In this document: one piece after another, positions 10,293 through 19,152 of the stretch
Layout: each line of letters starts with the position of its first letter
How positions within the stretch are numbered: the first letter of the stretch is position 1
NCBI GenBank assembly: GCA_948443845.1
Contig: CAOJUE010000006.1
Location: 8,720-72,719 of the forward strand
Length of the DNA stretch: 64,000 bases
Source of the DNA: an uncultured Eubacteriales bacterium
GTDB taxonomy: Bacteria; Bacillota; Clostridia; TANB77; CAG-508
Reading direction: 5' to 3'
The notes under the pieces: model-generated
The model's input: only the letters and a program-made list of their open reading frames with translations
What the model was told of the DNA's origin: nothing
Database searches by the model: none
Translations under genes and position numbers: made by a program

Positions 10293-10724
10293 ATGGAAGA
10301 AAAAATATTGAATGCTTTGGCTGAAATGAATCAAAAATTCGACAAGAAATTTGATACGTTAGATCAAAAATTGGAGAATGGATTGGCTGAGTTGGATAGA
10401 AAATTTCAGAGAAAAATTGACGAGATGGATGAGAAATTTGAGAAAAAATTTGATGAAATGCATAAAGAAATGAACTGTTTACGTGAAGAAGTAAATCAAA
10501 ATATGAATCATTTAGCTCAAAAAATTTTGGATCGACAATTTGTATTTGAAGATGAATATGGTAAGAAAATTGATACCATTTTTGAATATGTTGAATTTCA
10601 TCAAAAAAATAATTTGCAAAGATTTGACCGAATTAGCAAGTTAGAAGACAGAGTTGAGAAAAATGGATTGCAAATTTTAGACCATGAAAAAAGAATTTCA
10701 GCATTAGAGAGAAAAAGTGTATAA
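10293..10724 (+). CDS. small coiled-coil protein (paralog of 14902..15318)
   Basis: 143 aa, strong RBS AGGAGGGAG. Begins MEEKIL and ends HEKRISALERK, like its paralog. K/E/D-rich heptad-like sequence. Confidence 0.6.
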   Translation: MEEKILNALAEMNQKFDKKFDTLDQKLENGLAELDRKFQRKIDEMDEKFEKKFDEMHKEMNCLREEVNQNMNHLAQKILDRQFVFEDEYGKKIDTIFEYVEFHQKNNLQRFDRISKLEDRVEKNGLQILDHEKRISALERKSV

Positions 10725-10757
10725 TTTTCAGTCTGAAAATTATAATCAGCCACAAAA

Positions 10758-10811
10758 ATAGAGAGCATACCAATTATTTTTATAAAAGAAGTAATTGATA
10801 TGTTCTCTATT
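10758..10811. terminator. long hairpin shared by convergent genes 10293..10724 and 10811..11939
   Basis: ATAGAGAGCATACCAATTAT / GTAATTGATATGTTCTCTAT, about 20 bp imperfect stem. A related sequence lies at 15349-15402. Confidence 0.6.
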
Positions 10812-11939
10812 TAGTTAATATCACTATGATTTTTATTTCTTACAGCTTCTTCAAACAATAATTTCAATTTGTCAAATAAGCGATAAAAGAATTTTAGTCC
10901 GAAATGTTCTTGCTCCAAATCTAATAATTCTGTTTGTAAATTGTTTAAATATGACAGTGTTCCATGGACTTTGATTAATTCACGTTTTTCTTCTAATTGA
11001 TTCATCATATGAAGCACAAATTGGTCGTAAAAATGGTAAGAATCTGTGGTGATTAGAATTTGGCGAAAATCGTGTAATTTTTTTTCAAAAGCAGTTAAAG
11101 AATATGTATCTGTAATGAAATCGAATTCGTGCTGAAAGCAATTTTCGAGAATCATATTTTGGGTAGAAAGTGTTAAATTTAATAAGGTAGTTTTAACGGT
11201 GTCTATTTTGGTTGTTAGACGATTTATTTTTTTTGAATCTTCTGCGCAATTTGAAAGTTGTTGAGAATATTCTGCTAGAAGGGTTTCGTAATGAAGTAAT
11301 AAGTCAAAGTTGGTTGCAATTTGGTTATAAATTTTTTCACTGGATTTGGCAATAAAGGTATTTTTAAAAATGTGGTTACTATAAAGTGTACTGTGAAAAA
11401 GTGGATAAGATCCAGTAAAATATAGCATTTGATTGATTAAAGCGGTCTCGATTGGATAGAAAAGTGGGCTAGAAGTTTCAAAAGTCATATTATAATATTT
11501 TACACGGTCGGAGTTTGTATCTGCAACAAGAGAGGCCATTAATTGAACAGAGGCTTCGTTGATGCCTTGTCCTTTGCCACTTAATACATCAAATAAACCA
11601 AGTTTCAATAATTTTCCATGAGAATTTTTTACTTCTTGAAGGGCATGAATACATTCATGAATGACTAAAGTATCCAGATTTTCAAAATCTAATTTTTCGC
11701 TGAAGTAAATTGCCTTGTTTCCGCGAAAAATATTTGGCGCCTGAATCTTCTGGCATTTTGGCAAAATACATTGCAACATTGCTTAAACTAAAGCAGACAT
11801 CTCGTTCATTCAAATGATGTTCTGGAAAAGCATGGCAGATTTTACTTGACACAATATCTGCGATTTTGTTGATTTGCGAAGATGTCAATTGTGATGTGAT
11901 TTCAATTCCTTCCTTTTTTAAAATAGCATTTGTATTCAT
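10811..11939 (-). CDS. HExxH-motif protein (putative metallopeptidase-like), two ORFs joined by a +1 frame step
   Basis: ORFs 11939-11682 and 11779-10811 overlap. The 0-frame reads ...SGAKYF TCG CGG AAA. The +1 frame continues GNKAIYFSEKLDFENLDTLVIHECIHALQ (HExxH). Confidence 0.55.
11720..11723 (-). other. in-frame CGG-A at a +1 frame junction
   Basis: Minus-strand TCG CGG AAA. GGA at 11722-11720 is in the frame of the downstream ORF. Confidence 0.5.
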
Positions 11940-12012
11940 AAATTGCTCCTTTGTACAATATAATTTTATTATACATCAAATATCAAAAAAATAAAGCAAA
12001 AACTTAAAAAAA

Positions 12013-12055
12013 TGTATTACATTTCTGTAACAAAAATGTAATTAAAATGTAATAT
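12013..12055. promoter_or_regulatory. phased TGTAA repeats upstream of the 12132 gene promoter
   Basis: TGTAA at 12026, 12037 and 12048 (11-nt spacing) plus TTACA at 12017. They lie just upstream of TTGATT (12064)-17 nt-TATACT (12087). Confidence 0.45.
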
Positions 12056-12131
12056 GGAAATGCTTGATTTTTTTTGAGAAAAAAGTTATACTATATATGA
12101 TAGATAAAATTACAATTTAAAGAAAAGAGGA

Positions 12132-12923
12132 ATGAAAATGAAAAGTAAAATAGTAAGTATAGTGGTTATGATTTTATTAATTGTTTGCCTAGTGTCAGTA
12201 TCTGTTGATGCTGTGAGTTTTACTGCTACCATGACACCAAGTGCTACAACAGTAAAAGAAGCAACCGAATTTACCATAACCGTAAAAGTTTCAAATTTAG
12301 ATGTGGGAACAAATGGAATTAATTCATTAAAGGGTAATTTGAAATACGATACGAATGTTTTTGAAACGATTAGTGAATCCAGTATAGAAGGTTTAAATAG
12401 TTGGTCTGCCAAATTTGATGAAGCAAGTGGAGAAATTTCTTTAACGAAAAATACATTTGTTACCTCTACTCAAGAAGTTTTCCAAATCATCTTTAAAACA
12501 AAATCTGGTGTTTCTGGCAAAAGTGGAACAATTTCTTATACCAATATTGTAGCATCGAATAGTGAAACCAGTATTCCAGCAACGGATATTTCAACCTCTA
12601 TTACAGTGGGGAATGAAACTAGCAACAACAATAATAATACAAACACGAATTCTGTTGCCAACAAAATCGTAACCATTAATCCGACAACCAATAATACAAC
12701 TAATAATACATCCAATAATGCAGTTGTGAACAAAACAACAAATACGAATAGCACAAACAATTCAATTTCAAGTTATGTCAACACAATGACCAATACACAA
12801 ACTCAAGACAACATTCCACAAACTGGTGTGAATGATACAATTTTAACAGTATTGTTTATTGTAATTGCCATTGCTGTAGCATTTTATATCAAAATTGAAA
12901 AATTGAATAAGGAAATGAAATAA
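12132..12923 (+). CDS. sortase-anchored surface protein with cohesin-like domain and Asn/Thr-rich linker
   Basis: Signal peptide, then a beta-rich domain, then a poly-N/T linker. IPQTG is followed by a hydrophobic helix and a KIEKLNKEMK tail (LPXTG-type sorting signal). The start may be the ATG at 12138. Confidence 0.7.
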   Translation: MKMKSKIVSIVVMILLIVCLVSVSVDAVSFTATMTPSATTVKEATEFTITVKVSNLDVGTNGINSLKGNLKYDTNVFETISESSIEGLNSWSAKFDEASGEISLTKNTFVTSTQEVFQIIFKTKSGVSGKSGTISYTNIVASNSETSIPATDISTSITVGNETSNNNNNTNTNSVANKIVTINPTTNNTTNNTSNNAVVNKTTNTNSTNNSISSYVNTMTNTQTQDNIPQTGVNDTILTVLFIVIAIAVAFYIKIEKLNKEMK

Positions 12924-12934
12924 AAAAATGTTTT

Positions 12935-12970
12935 AAAAACTTGCTTGTGAAAGCAAGTTTTTAATTTTTT
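12935..12970 (+). terminator. rho-independent terminator
   Basis: AAAAACTTGCTT-GTGA-AAGCAAGTTTTT followed by a T-run. Confidence 0.8.
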
Positions 12971-13044
12971 AAGGATAAGATTATCTTTAATTTATTGATA
13001 ATATTTCTATTTTATGGTATGCTAAAAAAGAAAGAGGTGTAGGT

Positions 13045-14817
13045 ATGAACGAAAAATATAATTGGAATTTAAAGGATATTTTTGCGATGAAAGAGGATTT
13101 TGATGCTTACAAAAGAAATTTGAATCAGCTTTTGGAAAAAATTGCGAAATATCAAGGAAACTTAAGTGAGAGTTCAAAAAAATTGCAAGAATGCTATGCT
13201 TTGTATGAGCAGGCTTTGGAGGTTTTTGAGAGAATTTATGCTTATGGAATGCTAACTTATCATTTAGATATGAGCAATCAGAATTCGATTAAATTGTATA
13301 AGGAAGTGGAAAATATCGGGACAAATTTTAGTCAAACGGTTTCTTTTATGGTACCTGAGATTACGCAAATGAATGAGAAAAAAATAAGAGATTTTATGGA
13401 ACAAAATTCAGATTTAAATCGATATAAAAGAGTTTTAGAGGATATTTTAGAGAAGAAGAAACATGTTTTGAGTAAAGCAGAAGAAAGTTTGCTGAGTCAG
13501 TTTGGAGAAGTGTTTTCGGCTCAAGAAAATACATTTGATGTTTTGACAAATGCAGAATTTAAGTTTGGCAATTTGATCGATGAAAGCGGAAAAGAAGTCG
13601 AAATGACAGATGGAACCTACACCAAATTTTTGCGTAGCAAAGAAGAAAAAGTGCGAAAGCAAGCTTTTGATTTGATGTATGACCAATATAGCAAATTTAT
13701 GAATACGATTACGGAATTATATTTGGCAAGAGTGAAGGAATATACGATTGTAAGCAAATTAAGAAATTATCAATCTTCTTTGGAAGCAGCGGTTGTGCAT
13801 GATGATGCGAGCATTCAGGTTTATGAAAAATTGATTGAAAGTGTGCATAAAAATTTGGGTGTTAATCACAAATTTATGAGTCTAAAAAAGAAAATGCTTA
13901 AGAGCGATGAAATGCATTTGTATGATATTTACCAAAATCCGATTGAAGTGGAAGATGAGAAAATTTCGTTTGAGCAGGCGAAAGAGGAAGTGCTAGAGGC
14001 TTTGCAAATTCTGGGCGAAGAATATACGAATCGCTTAAAAGAAGCGTTTGACCATTCGTGGATTGATGTTTACGAAAAGCCAAATAAGCGTAGTGGGGCG
14101 TATAGTATGGGTGTATATGGAGTTCATCCATTTGTGCTAACGAATTTTGTGGAGAGTAAGCGTGATGTTAGCACAATTGCCCATGAATTGGGGCATAGTA
14201 TGCATTCGTATTATTCGAATCAGAACCAGAATATTTTAGACAGCAATTACACGATTATGGTGGCAGAAGTGGCTTCTACGGTAAATGAAATATTGTTAGC
14301 CAGTTACCAAATTGAAAAAGAGCAGGATAAGCGTAAAAAAGCGGAATTGTTGTATGAATTGTTGGAAATGATACGCGCGACTTTGTTTCGTCAAGCAATG
14401 TTTGCTGAATTTGAAAAAACGGTGCATGAAAAGGTCGAAAAAAAAGAAATGCTTTCAAGTGAGGATTTATGCCGAATTTATTACGAGTTGAACCAAACGT
14501 ATTTTGGGAAAGAGGTTGTGATTGATGATAAAATTAAATACGAATGGCTTAGAATTCCACATTTTTATAGCTGTTTTTATGTCTATAAATATGCGACAGG
14601 AATCTCGAGTGCCATTGCAATTGCGAGCAAGATATTGAAAAAGGAAGTTGGATTTACGGAAAAGTATATTGAAATGTTGAAACAAGGTTGTTCGAAAAAA
14701 TCAATCGAACTTTTGAAAATGGTGGAGGTTGATTTAGAGAGTAGTATACCTTATGATGAAGCAATTCAGTTTTATCAGGAAAAAATGGAAGAGTTGAAGA
14801 AGTTGATTTTGGAATAA
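13045..14817 (+). CDS. pepF: oligoendopeptidase F (M3B family)
   Basis: 590 aa, HELGHSMH zinc motif, PepF-like sequence throughout. Confidence 0.9.
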   Translation: MNEKYNWNLKDIFAMKEDFDAYKRNLNQLLEKIAKYQGNLSESSKKLQECYALYEQALEVFERIYAYGMLTYHLDMSNQNSIKLYKEVENIGTNFSQTVSFMVPEITQMNEKKIRDFMEQNSDLNRYKRVLEDILEKKKHVLSKAEESLLSQFGEVFSAQENTFDVLTNAEFKFGNLIDESGKEVEMTDGTYTKFLRSKEEKVRKQAFDLMYDQYSKFMNTITELYLARVKEYTIVSKLRNYQSSLEAAVVHDDASIQVYEKLIESVHKNLGVNHKFMSLKKKMLKSDEMHLYDIYQNPIEVEDEKISFEQAKEEVLEALQILGEEYTNRLKEAFDHSWIDVYEKPNKRSGAYSMGVYGVHPFVLTNFVESKRDVSTIAHELGHSMHSYYSNQNQNILDSNYTIMVAEVASTVNEILLASYQIEKEQDKRKKAELLYELLEMIRATLFRQAMFAEFEKTVHEKVEKKEMLSSEDLCRIYYELNQTYFGKEVVIDDKIKYEWLRIPHFYSCFYVYKYATGISSAIAIASKILKKEVGFTEKYIEMLKQGCSKKSIELLKMVEVDLESSIPYDEAIQFYQEKMEELKKLILE

Positions 14818-14840
14818 ATGCTAAAAAATAGAAAAAGTTC

Positions 14841-14869
14841 TTGCAATTTGAAAATAAGTGTGTTAGAAT
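14841..14869 (+). promoter_or_regulatory. sigma-A-like promoter of coiled-coil gene, copy 2
   Basis: TTGCAA (14841-14846), 17-nt spacer, TAGAAT (14864-14869). Confidence 0.55.
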
Positions 14870-14901
14870 AAGCCCAATCCAAAAAGAAAGGAGGGAAGAG
14901 T

Positions 14902-15318
14902 ATGGAAGAAAAAATATTGGCAAAGTTGGACAGTATGCAGAATCAGATAATGCATGAAATGAATCAGAAAATGGATGATTTAAAAGCAAGTATATTAGGA
15001 GAAGTTAAACAAGAAATTAAAGAGGAAGTTAGTGGAATCAAAAAAGATGTTGATGGTATCAAACAAAAAGTTGATAGTCTCCAAAAAGAATTCATCGAGT
15101 TGAAAGAAGATGTGCAAGTTATTTCTGATCAAATGGTTGTTCTTGAAAATGACTATGGTAGGAAAATCAATATTATGTATGAAGAATTGACGGCGCGAAA
15201 TGAAAGAACAGAAGCATTAGAGAAAAATTGGATGTCGACTCAAAAAAGAGTAGACAAAAATTCTGCATTTATTTTTAGTCATGAAAATCGAATTGCAGCT
15301 TTGGAAAAGGCAAAATAA
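14902..15318 (+). CDS. small coiled-coil protein (paralog of 10293..10724)
   Basis: 138 aa, RBS AGGAGGGAAG. Begins MEEKIL and ends HENRIAALEKAK. Shared internal motif (D/E)YG(K/R)KI. Confidence 0.6.
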   Translation: MEEKILAKLDSMQNQIMHEMNQKMDDLKASILGEVKQEIKEEVSGIKKDVDGIKQKVDSLQKEFIELKEDVQVISDQMVVLENDYGRKINIMYEELTARNERTEALEKNWMSTQKRVDKNSAFIFSHENRIAALEKAK

Positions 15319-15348
15319 TAACAATTTTTTCACAAAAAATCGTTATAG

Positions 15349-15402
15349 AAAGAGAGCATGCACATTATTTTTTAAGAAAAGTAATCTGTATGCTCTCTTT
15401 TT
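15349..15402 (+). terminator. long hairpin terminator, homologous to 10758-10811
   Basis: AAAGAGAGCATGCACATTAT / GTAATCTGTATGCTCTCTTT followed by TT. Confidence 0.6.
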
Positions 15403-15486
15403 GGGCATAGATTTTTTAAGAAATATGTTGCCAAATCCTTACTTTTGTAGTATAATATAATAAATTAGGAAAAAATGGAGAAAAAA

Positions 15487-16179
15487 ATGTCAAACATAGT
15501 CATAGGAATTGAAGGATTAGTTGGAAGTGGAAAAACCAGCATTTGTCGAGAATTAATCAAATGCATACCGAATTCGGTGCTATTAAATGCAGGAAATTTG
15601 TATCGAGCGATTATTTGTGTGATGATGCAAAAGGGTGCTACCATTGCTAACATGAAAAAGAGTGGCAAAAATTTGGAAATTCGAGAAATGATTGACCAAT
15701 TAAACATAGAAATAAGGCTCGAAAATCACGAAACGGTGGTTTATGCAGAGGGCGAAAAATTGTCGGAAGAGGATTTGCAGTCAAAAGAAACTTCACTCGC
15801 AGTTTCTGAAATTAGCAATACCGCAAGCAATGAAGAAGCGTTTTTGTTTGTGCGTGATTTAATTGACGATTTAAAAAAACAGTATCATGTTATTTTTTCT
15901 GGAAGAGCAACGATGAAGATTTACCCAGAATGCGATTACCATTTTTTTGTGATTGCGGATTTGGAAGAACGTGTCAGAAGGAAATGTTTGCAATATAAAA
16001 ATAAAGAAAAAGCCGAAGAAATTCGAAGAAATATTATCAAAAGAGATACCTTGCAAGAAAAAAGTGGATTTTATGACTACAGTCCGATAACGATTGAAAT
16101 TGATGTAACAGACTGCAAAAGTGTCGAAGATTCGACGGATAAAGTGCTACAGAAGATAAAATTAAAAGAGAATGTTTAA
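15487..16179 (+). CDS. cytidylate kinase-like P-loop kinase
   Basis: IGIEGLVGSGKTS P-loop and GNLYRAI (Cmk-like). GGAG lies 6 nt upstream of the ATG at 15487. Confidence 0.7.
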   Translation: MSNIVIGIEGLVGSGKTSICRELIKCIPNSVLLNAGNLYRAIICVMMQKGATIANMKKSGKNLEIREMIDQLNIEIRLENHETVVYAEGEKLSEEDLQSKETSLAVSEISNTASNEEAFLFVRDLIDDLKKQYHVIFSGRATMKIYPECDYHFFVIADLEERVRRKCLQYKNKEKAEEIRRNIIKRDTLQEKSGFYDYSPITIEIDVTDCKSVEDSTDKVLQKIKLKENV

Positions 16180-16195
16180 GTTTTTAGGAGGCAAA

Positions 16196-17611
16196 ATGGA
16201 ATACGTAAACGAAAAGTTAGTAGAATTTAATCATTATTTATCAGGCAGAAAAGTAGCGGTAATTGGATTGGGTGTTAGCAATGCGCCTTTGATTGATTAT
16301 TTGTACAACTTGAAGGCACAAGTTACGGTTTTTGACCGAGTAGAAATTAAGGATTTGAACAAAACCATTCTTCGAAAAGTTACTAATTATGGAATGGGGA
16401 TGTCTTTTGGCGAAAATTATTTGGATGAATTGGTGGGATTTGATATTATTTTCCGTTCGCCAAGTTGTTTGCCAAGCACGCCACAATTGGTAGCAGAGGC
16501 AGAGCGTGGAGCAATTGTTACAACCGAAGTGGAAATGGTTATTGAATTATGTCCCGGAAAAGTTATTGGTATCACAGGAAGTGATGGAAAAACGACTACA
16601 ACAACTCTGATTTCTGAAATTTTAAAAGAAAAAGAATACAACGTATTTTTAGGTGGAAATATCGGAACGCCACTGTTTACCAAGATTTCTGAGATGACTC
16701 CAGAAGATATTGTCGTTTTAGAACTAAGCAGTTTTCAATTAATGGACATGAAAATTAGTCCGCAAATTGCAGTTATTACCAATATTACGCCAAACCATTT
16801 GGATAAACATACCGATATGGAAGAGTACATAAATGCTAAAAAAAATATTTTCAAATACCAAGATGAAGGTGGTTTGTTGGTTTTGAATTATGATAATGAA
16901 ATCACGAAAAGTTTCGAAAAAGAGGCTTTGGGAAGAGTGGTATTTTTCAGTAGCAAAAGCAAAATTCCTAATGGCTATATCATAGACGATAACAAAATCA
17001 AATATTGCGAAAATGGTCTAAGAAGCCATATTTTGGAAACAAAAGAAATGAAGCTTCGTGGAGTTCACAATTTTGAAAATGCAGCAGCAGCTTTGGTTGC
17101 TACCCAAGATTTGGTTGACCGAGAAACTGCGTGTCAAACGATTTTGAATTTCAAGGGTGTGGAGCACCGCTTAGAATTGGTGTTGGAGACGAAGGATAGA
17201 ATTAAATGGTATAACGATTCAGTTAGTTCGAGTCCTACTAGAACCATTGCAGGTTTGAATGCATTTAGCTTAAGAAATATTATTTTGATTGCAGGTGGTT
17301 ATGACAAAAATTTGGATTATACGCCACTTGCTAAGCCAATCGTCGATAATTGCAAAGAACTGATTTTGTTAGGAGCAACGAGTAATAAAATTGAAAAAGT
17401 GGTTAAAGCCGAATTAAAAGTGCAAAATAAGAAAATGAAAATTCATAAATGCACTGATTTAAGAGAGACTGTGGAAATTGCCAAAGAAACTGCGGTGCAA
17501 GGTGATGTCGTTTTGTTTTCGCCAGCAAGTGCTAGTTTTGATATGTTCAAAGATTTTGCAGAACGTGGAAAATTGTTTAAAAAATATGTGAAAGAAATCG
17601 CGAAGAGTTAG
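16196..17611 (+). CDS. murD: UDP-N-acetylmuramoylalanine--D-glutamate ligase
   Basis: GLGVSN..., ITGSDGKTTTT and NHLDKH Mur-ligase motifs. AGGAGG upstream of the ATG at 16196. Confidence 0.9.
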   Translation: MEYVNEKLVEFNHYLSGRKVAVIGLGVSNAPLIDYLYNLKAQVTVFDRVEIKDLNKTILRKVTNYGMGMSFGENYLDELVGFDIIFRSPSCLPSTPQLVAEAERGAIVTTEVEMVIELCPGKVIGITGSDGKTTTTTLISEILKEKEYNVFLGGNIGTPLFTKISEMTPEDIVVLELSSFQLMDMKISPQIAVITNITPNHLDKHTDMEEYINAKKNIFKYQDEGGLLVLNYDNEITKSFEKEALGRVVFFSSKSKIPNGYIIDDNKIKYCENGLRSHILETKEMKLRGVHNFENAAAALVATQDLVDRETACQTILNFKGVEHRLELVLETKDRIKWYNDSVSSSPTRTIAGLNAFSLRNIILIAGGYDKNLDYTPLAKPIVDNCKELILLGATSNKIEKVVKAELKVQNKKMKIHKCTDLRETVEIAKETAVQGDVVLFSPASASFDMFKDFAERGKLFKKYVKEIAKS

Positions 17612-17644
17612 GCAAAAAGAGTTGTAAAAAACTAGCTTAATTAA

Positions 17645-17687
17645 CGTGAGAAAGTTTAGGCATTGCCTAAACTTTCGCTCGTTTTTC
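17645..17687. terminator. bidirectional hairpin between murD and the spoVB-like gene
   Basis: GAGAAAGTTTAGGC-ATT-GCCTAAACTTTCGCTC followed by TTTTT. The tail TTTCGCTCG resembles the repeats at 4763 and 37687. Confidence 0.7.
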
Positions 17688-17705
17688 TTTAAAGAGATAG
17701 GTTTT

Positions 17706-19041
17706 TTACAGCTCTTTTCTAAAATAAACGATTTTAATTAATTTTCTCATGCTCAAAATAAAATTAAAAATTTCGCTACAATAAATCGATACCAGATAAC
17801 CGCGGAATCCCCAATTTTGGGACGAAATAATAAATTAGCACAACATCTATAAACGTATCTAAAATGTTGATAATCATGACATCATTTTGGGCGTCAAGTC
17901 CTTTTAAGATATTGTCGACCACACAATCCAGTAAAATGAAAATGGCTAAGGGTGATAGAATTTTTATGTAATTGGAAATCGTTTGGTCTTTATAAATCCA
18001 TTGTCCAAGCTGATTGGCTCCTAAAAACAAAAATAGGCTAATCAAAAGGCAAAGAGATATGGAAATAATAAGAATGATGTTTGTTACTCTTTTGATTGCT
18101 TTTTGTCGATTTTGTGCATTATAGGTAGCAAATTCTGGTACAAATAAACTGCTAATTGAGGAAAATATTACATTAGGAAATATGACAATTGGCATTGCCA
18201 TACCATTGATTTCGCCATAAACGGCTAGGGCTTTGGCACAGTCTAGTTTGCCTTTTTCAAAACTAAGTGGAATGATAATTTGCTTTAAAGTAGACAATCC
18301 AGAACGAATGAAAGAGGTAATGGCAATGGGAAAAGACATTTTGAAAATTTTTTTTCGATAGTAGGAGGGTTCATAATGAGTGGTATAGGTAGTTTTGTAG
18401 ATTTTGGAATCATGCTTGTAGAGTAGGTAGTTACCAATAAAGGAGAAAATTTCTGAAATTAAATCTCCTAAAACAAGTGAAAAACACGCATATTCTAAGC
18501 CATTTGGTAAAAACAAATCAAGGAAAAATGCTGTGATCAGTATTTTAATGATTTGCTCAAAAAATTGCGCAATAGTTGATTTATACACACGCCTAATAGC
18601 AATAAAATATCCAGAAATTGCAGATGACATGGAAATTAAGGGTAATGCAAAACAAATCACATAAATGACGTTTTTGGATACTCTGTCATGCAAGCAATTT
18701 TTAATGATGAAATCAGAAAAAAACAGGAAAAGAAGGCTTGCCAAAATTCCGCAAAGAAAACTGAAAAGCAGACTGCGTTTGGTAATTTTTTGAATGCCTT
18801 CTTTATTTCCAATTGCGAGTTCCTCAGAAACAAGACGTGTAACAGCAAAATTGATGCCAAACGTGCCAAGCGTAATTCCAAAAAGATAGACGGACATGAC
18901 CAAATGAAAAACGCCAAGCATTTCTTTCCCAATTTTTTGCGTAATGTAACTATTAAAAAATATTGCAAATACACGAAAAATAATCGAACTGGCGGTTACG
19001 ATAAAACTATTGATTAAAAATGTTTTGACTTTTTTGTTCAC
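17706..19041 (-). CDS. spoVB: stage V sporulation protein B-like polysaccharide/MurJ-type flippase
   Basis: Multi-TM MOP-superfamily sequence. GTG start at 19041 follows AAGGTGA. The 0-frame stop is at 17776. The coordinates given include the +1 extension after the in-frame CGG at 17802-17800 (GIP|GYLVSIYCSEIFNFILSMRKL...), which ends at 17706. Confidence 0.7.
17799..17802 (-). other. in-frame CGG-T, candidate +1 site
   Basis: Minus-strand ATT CCG CGG TTA. The +1 frame codon is GGT. Confidence 0.4.
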
Positions 19042-19152
19042 GAAAATCACCTTAAGGAAATTATATGAAGAAGGTGAAAATTTAAGAACGAAAAGGATAG
19101 ACAGCAAATAGGTTTTTATGATAGAAAGTAAGTTATATAAAAAGGAGAAAAA

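Noticed and set aside
11726-11730. Simple homopolymer sequencing errors as the general explanation for the frame breaks.
   Set aside because: An A5 run at 11726-11730 and a T5 run at 59150-59154 abut two of the sites. The leuS, purL and dpaB junctions, however, are pinned by homology to positions with no run longer than 2 nt, and all sites share an in-frame CGG. I kept this as an alternative for the two ambiguous sites only.
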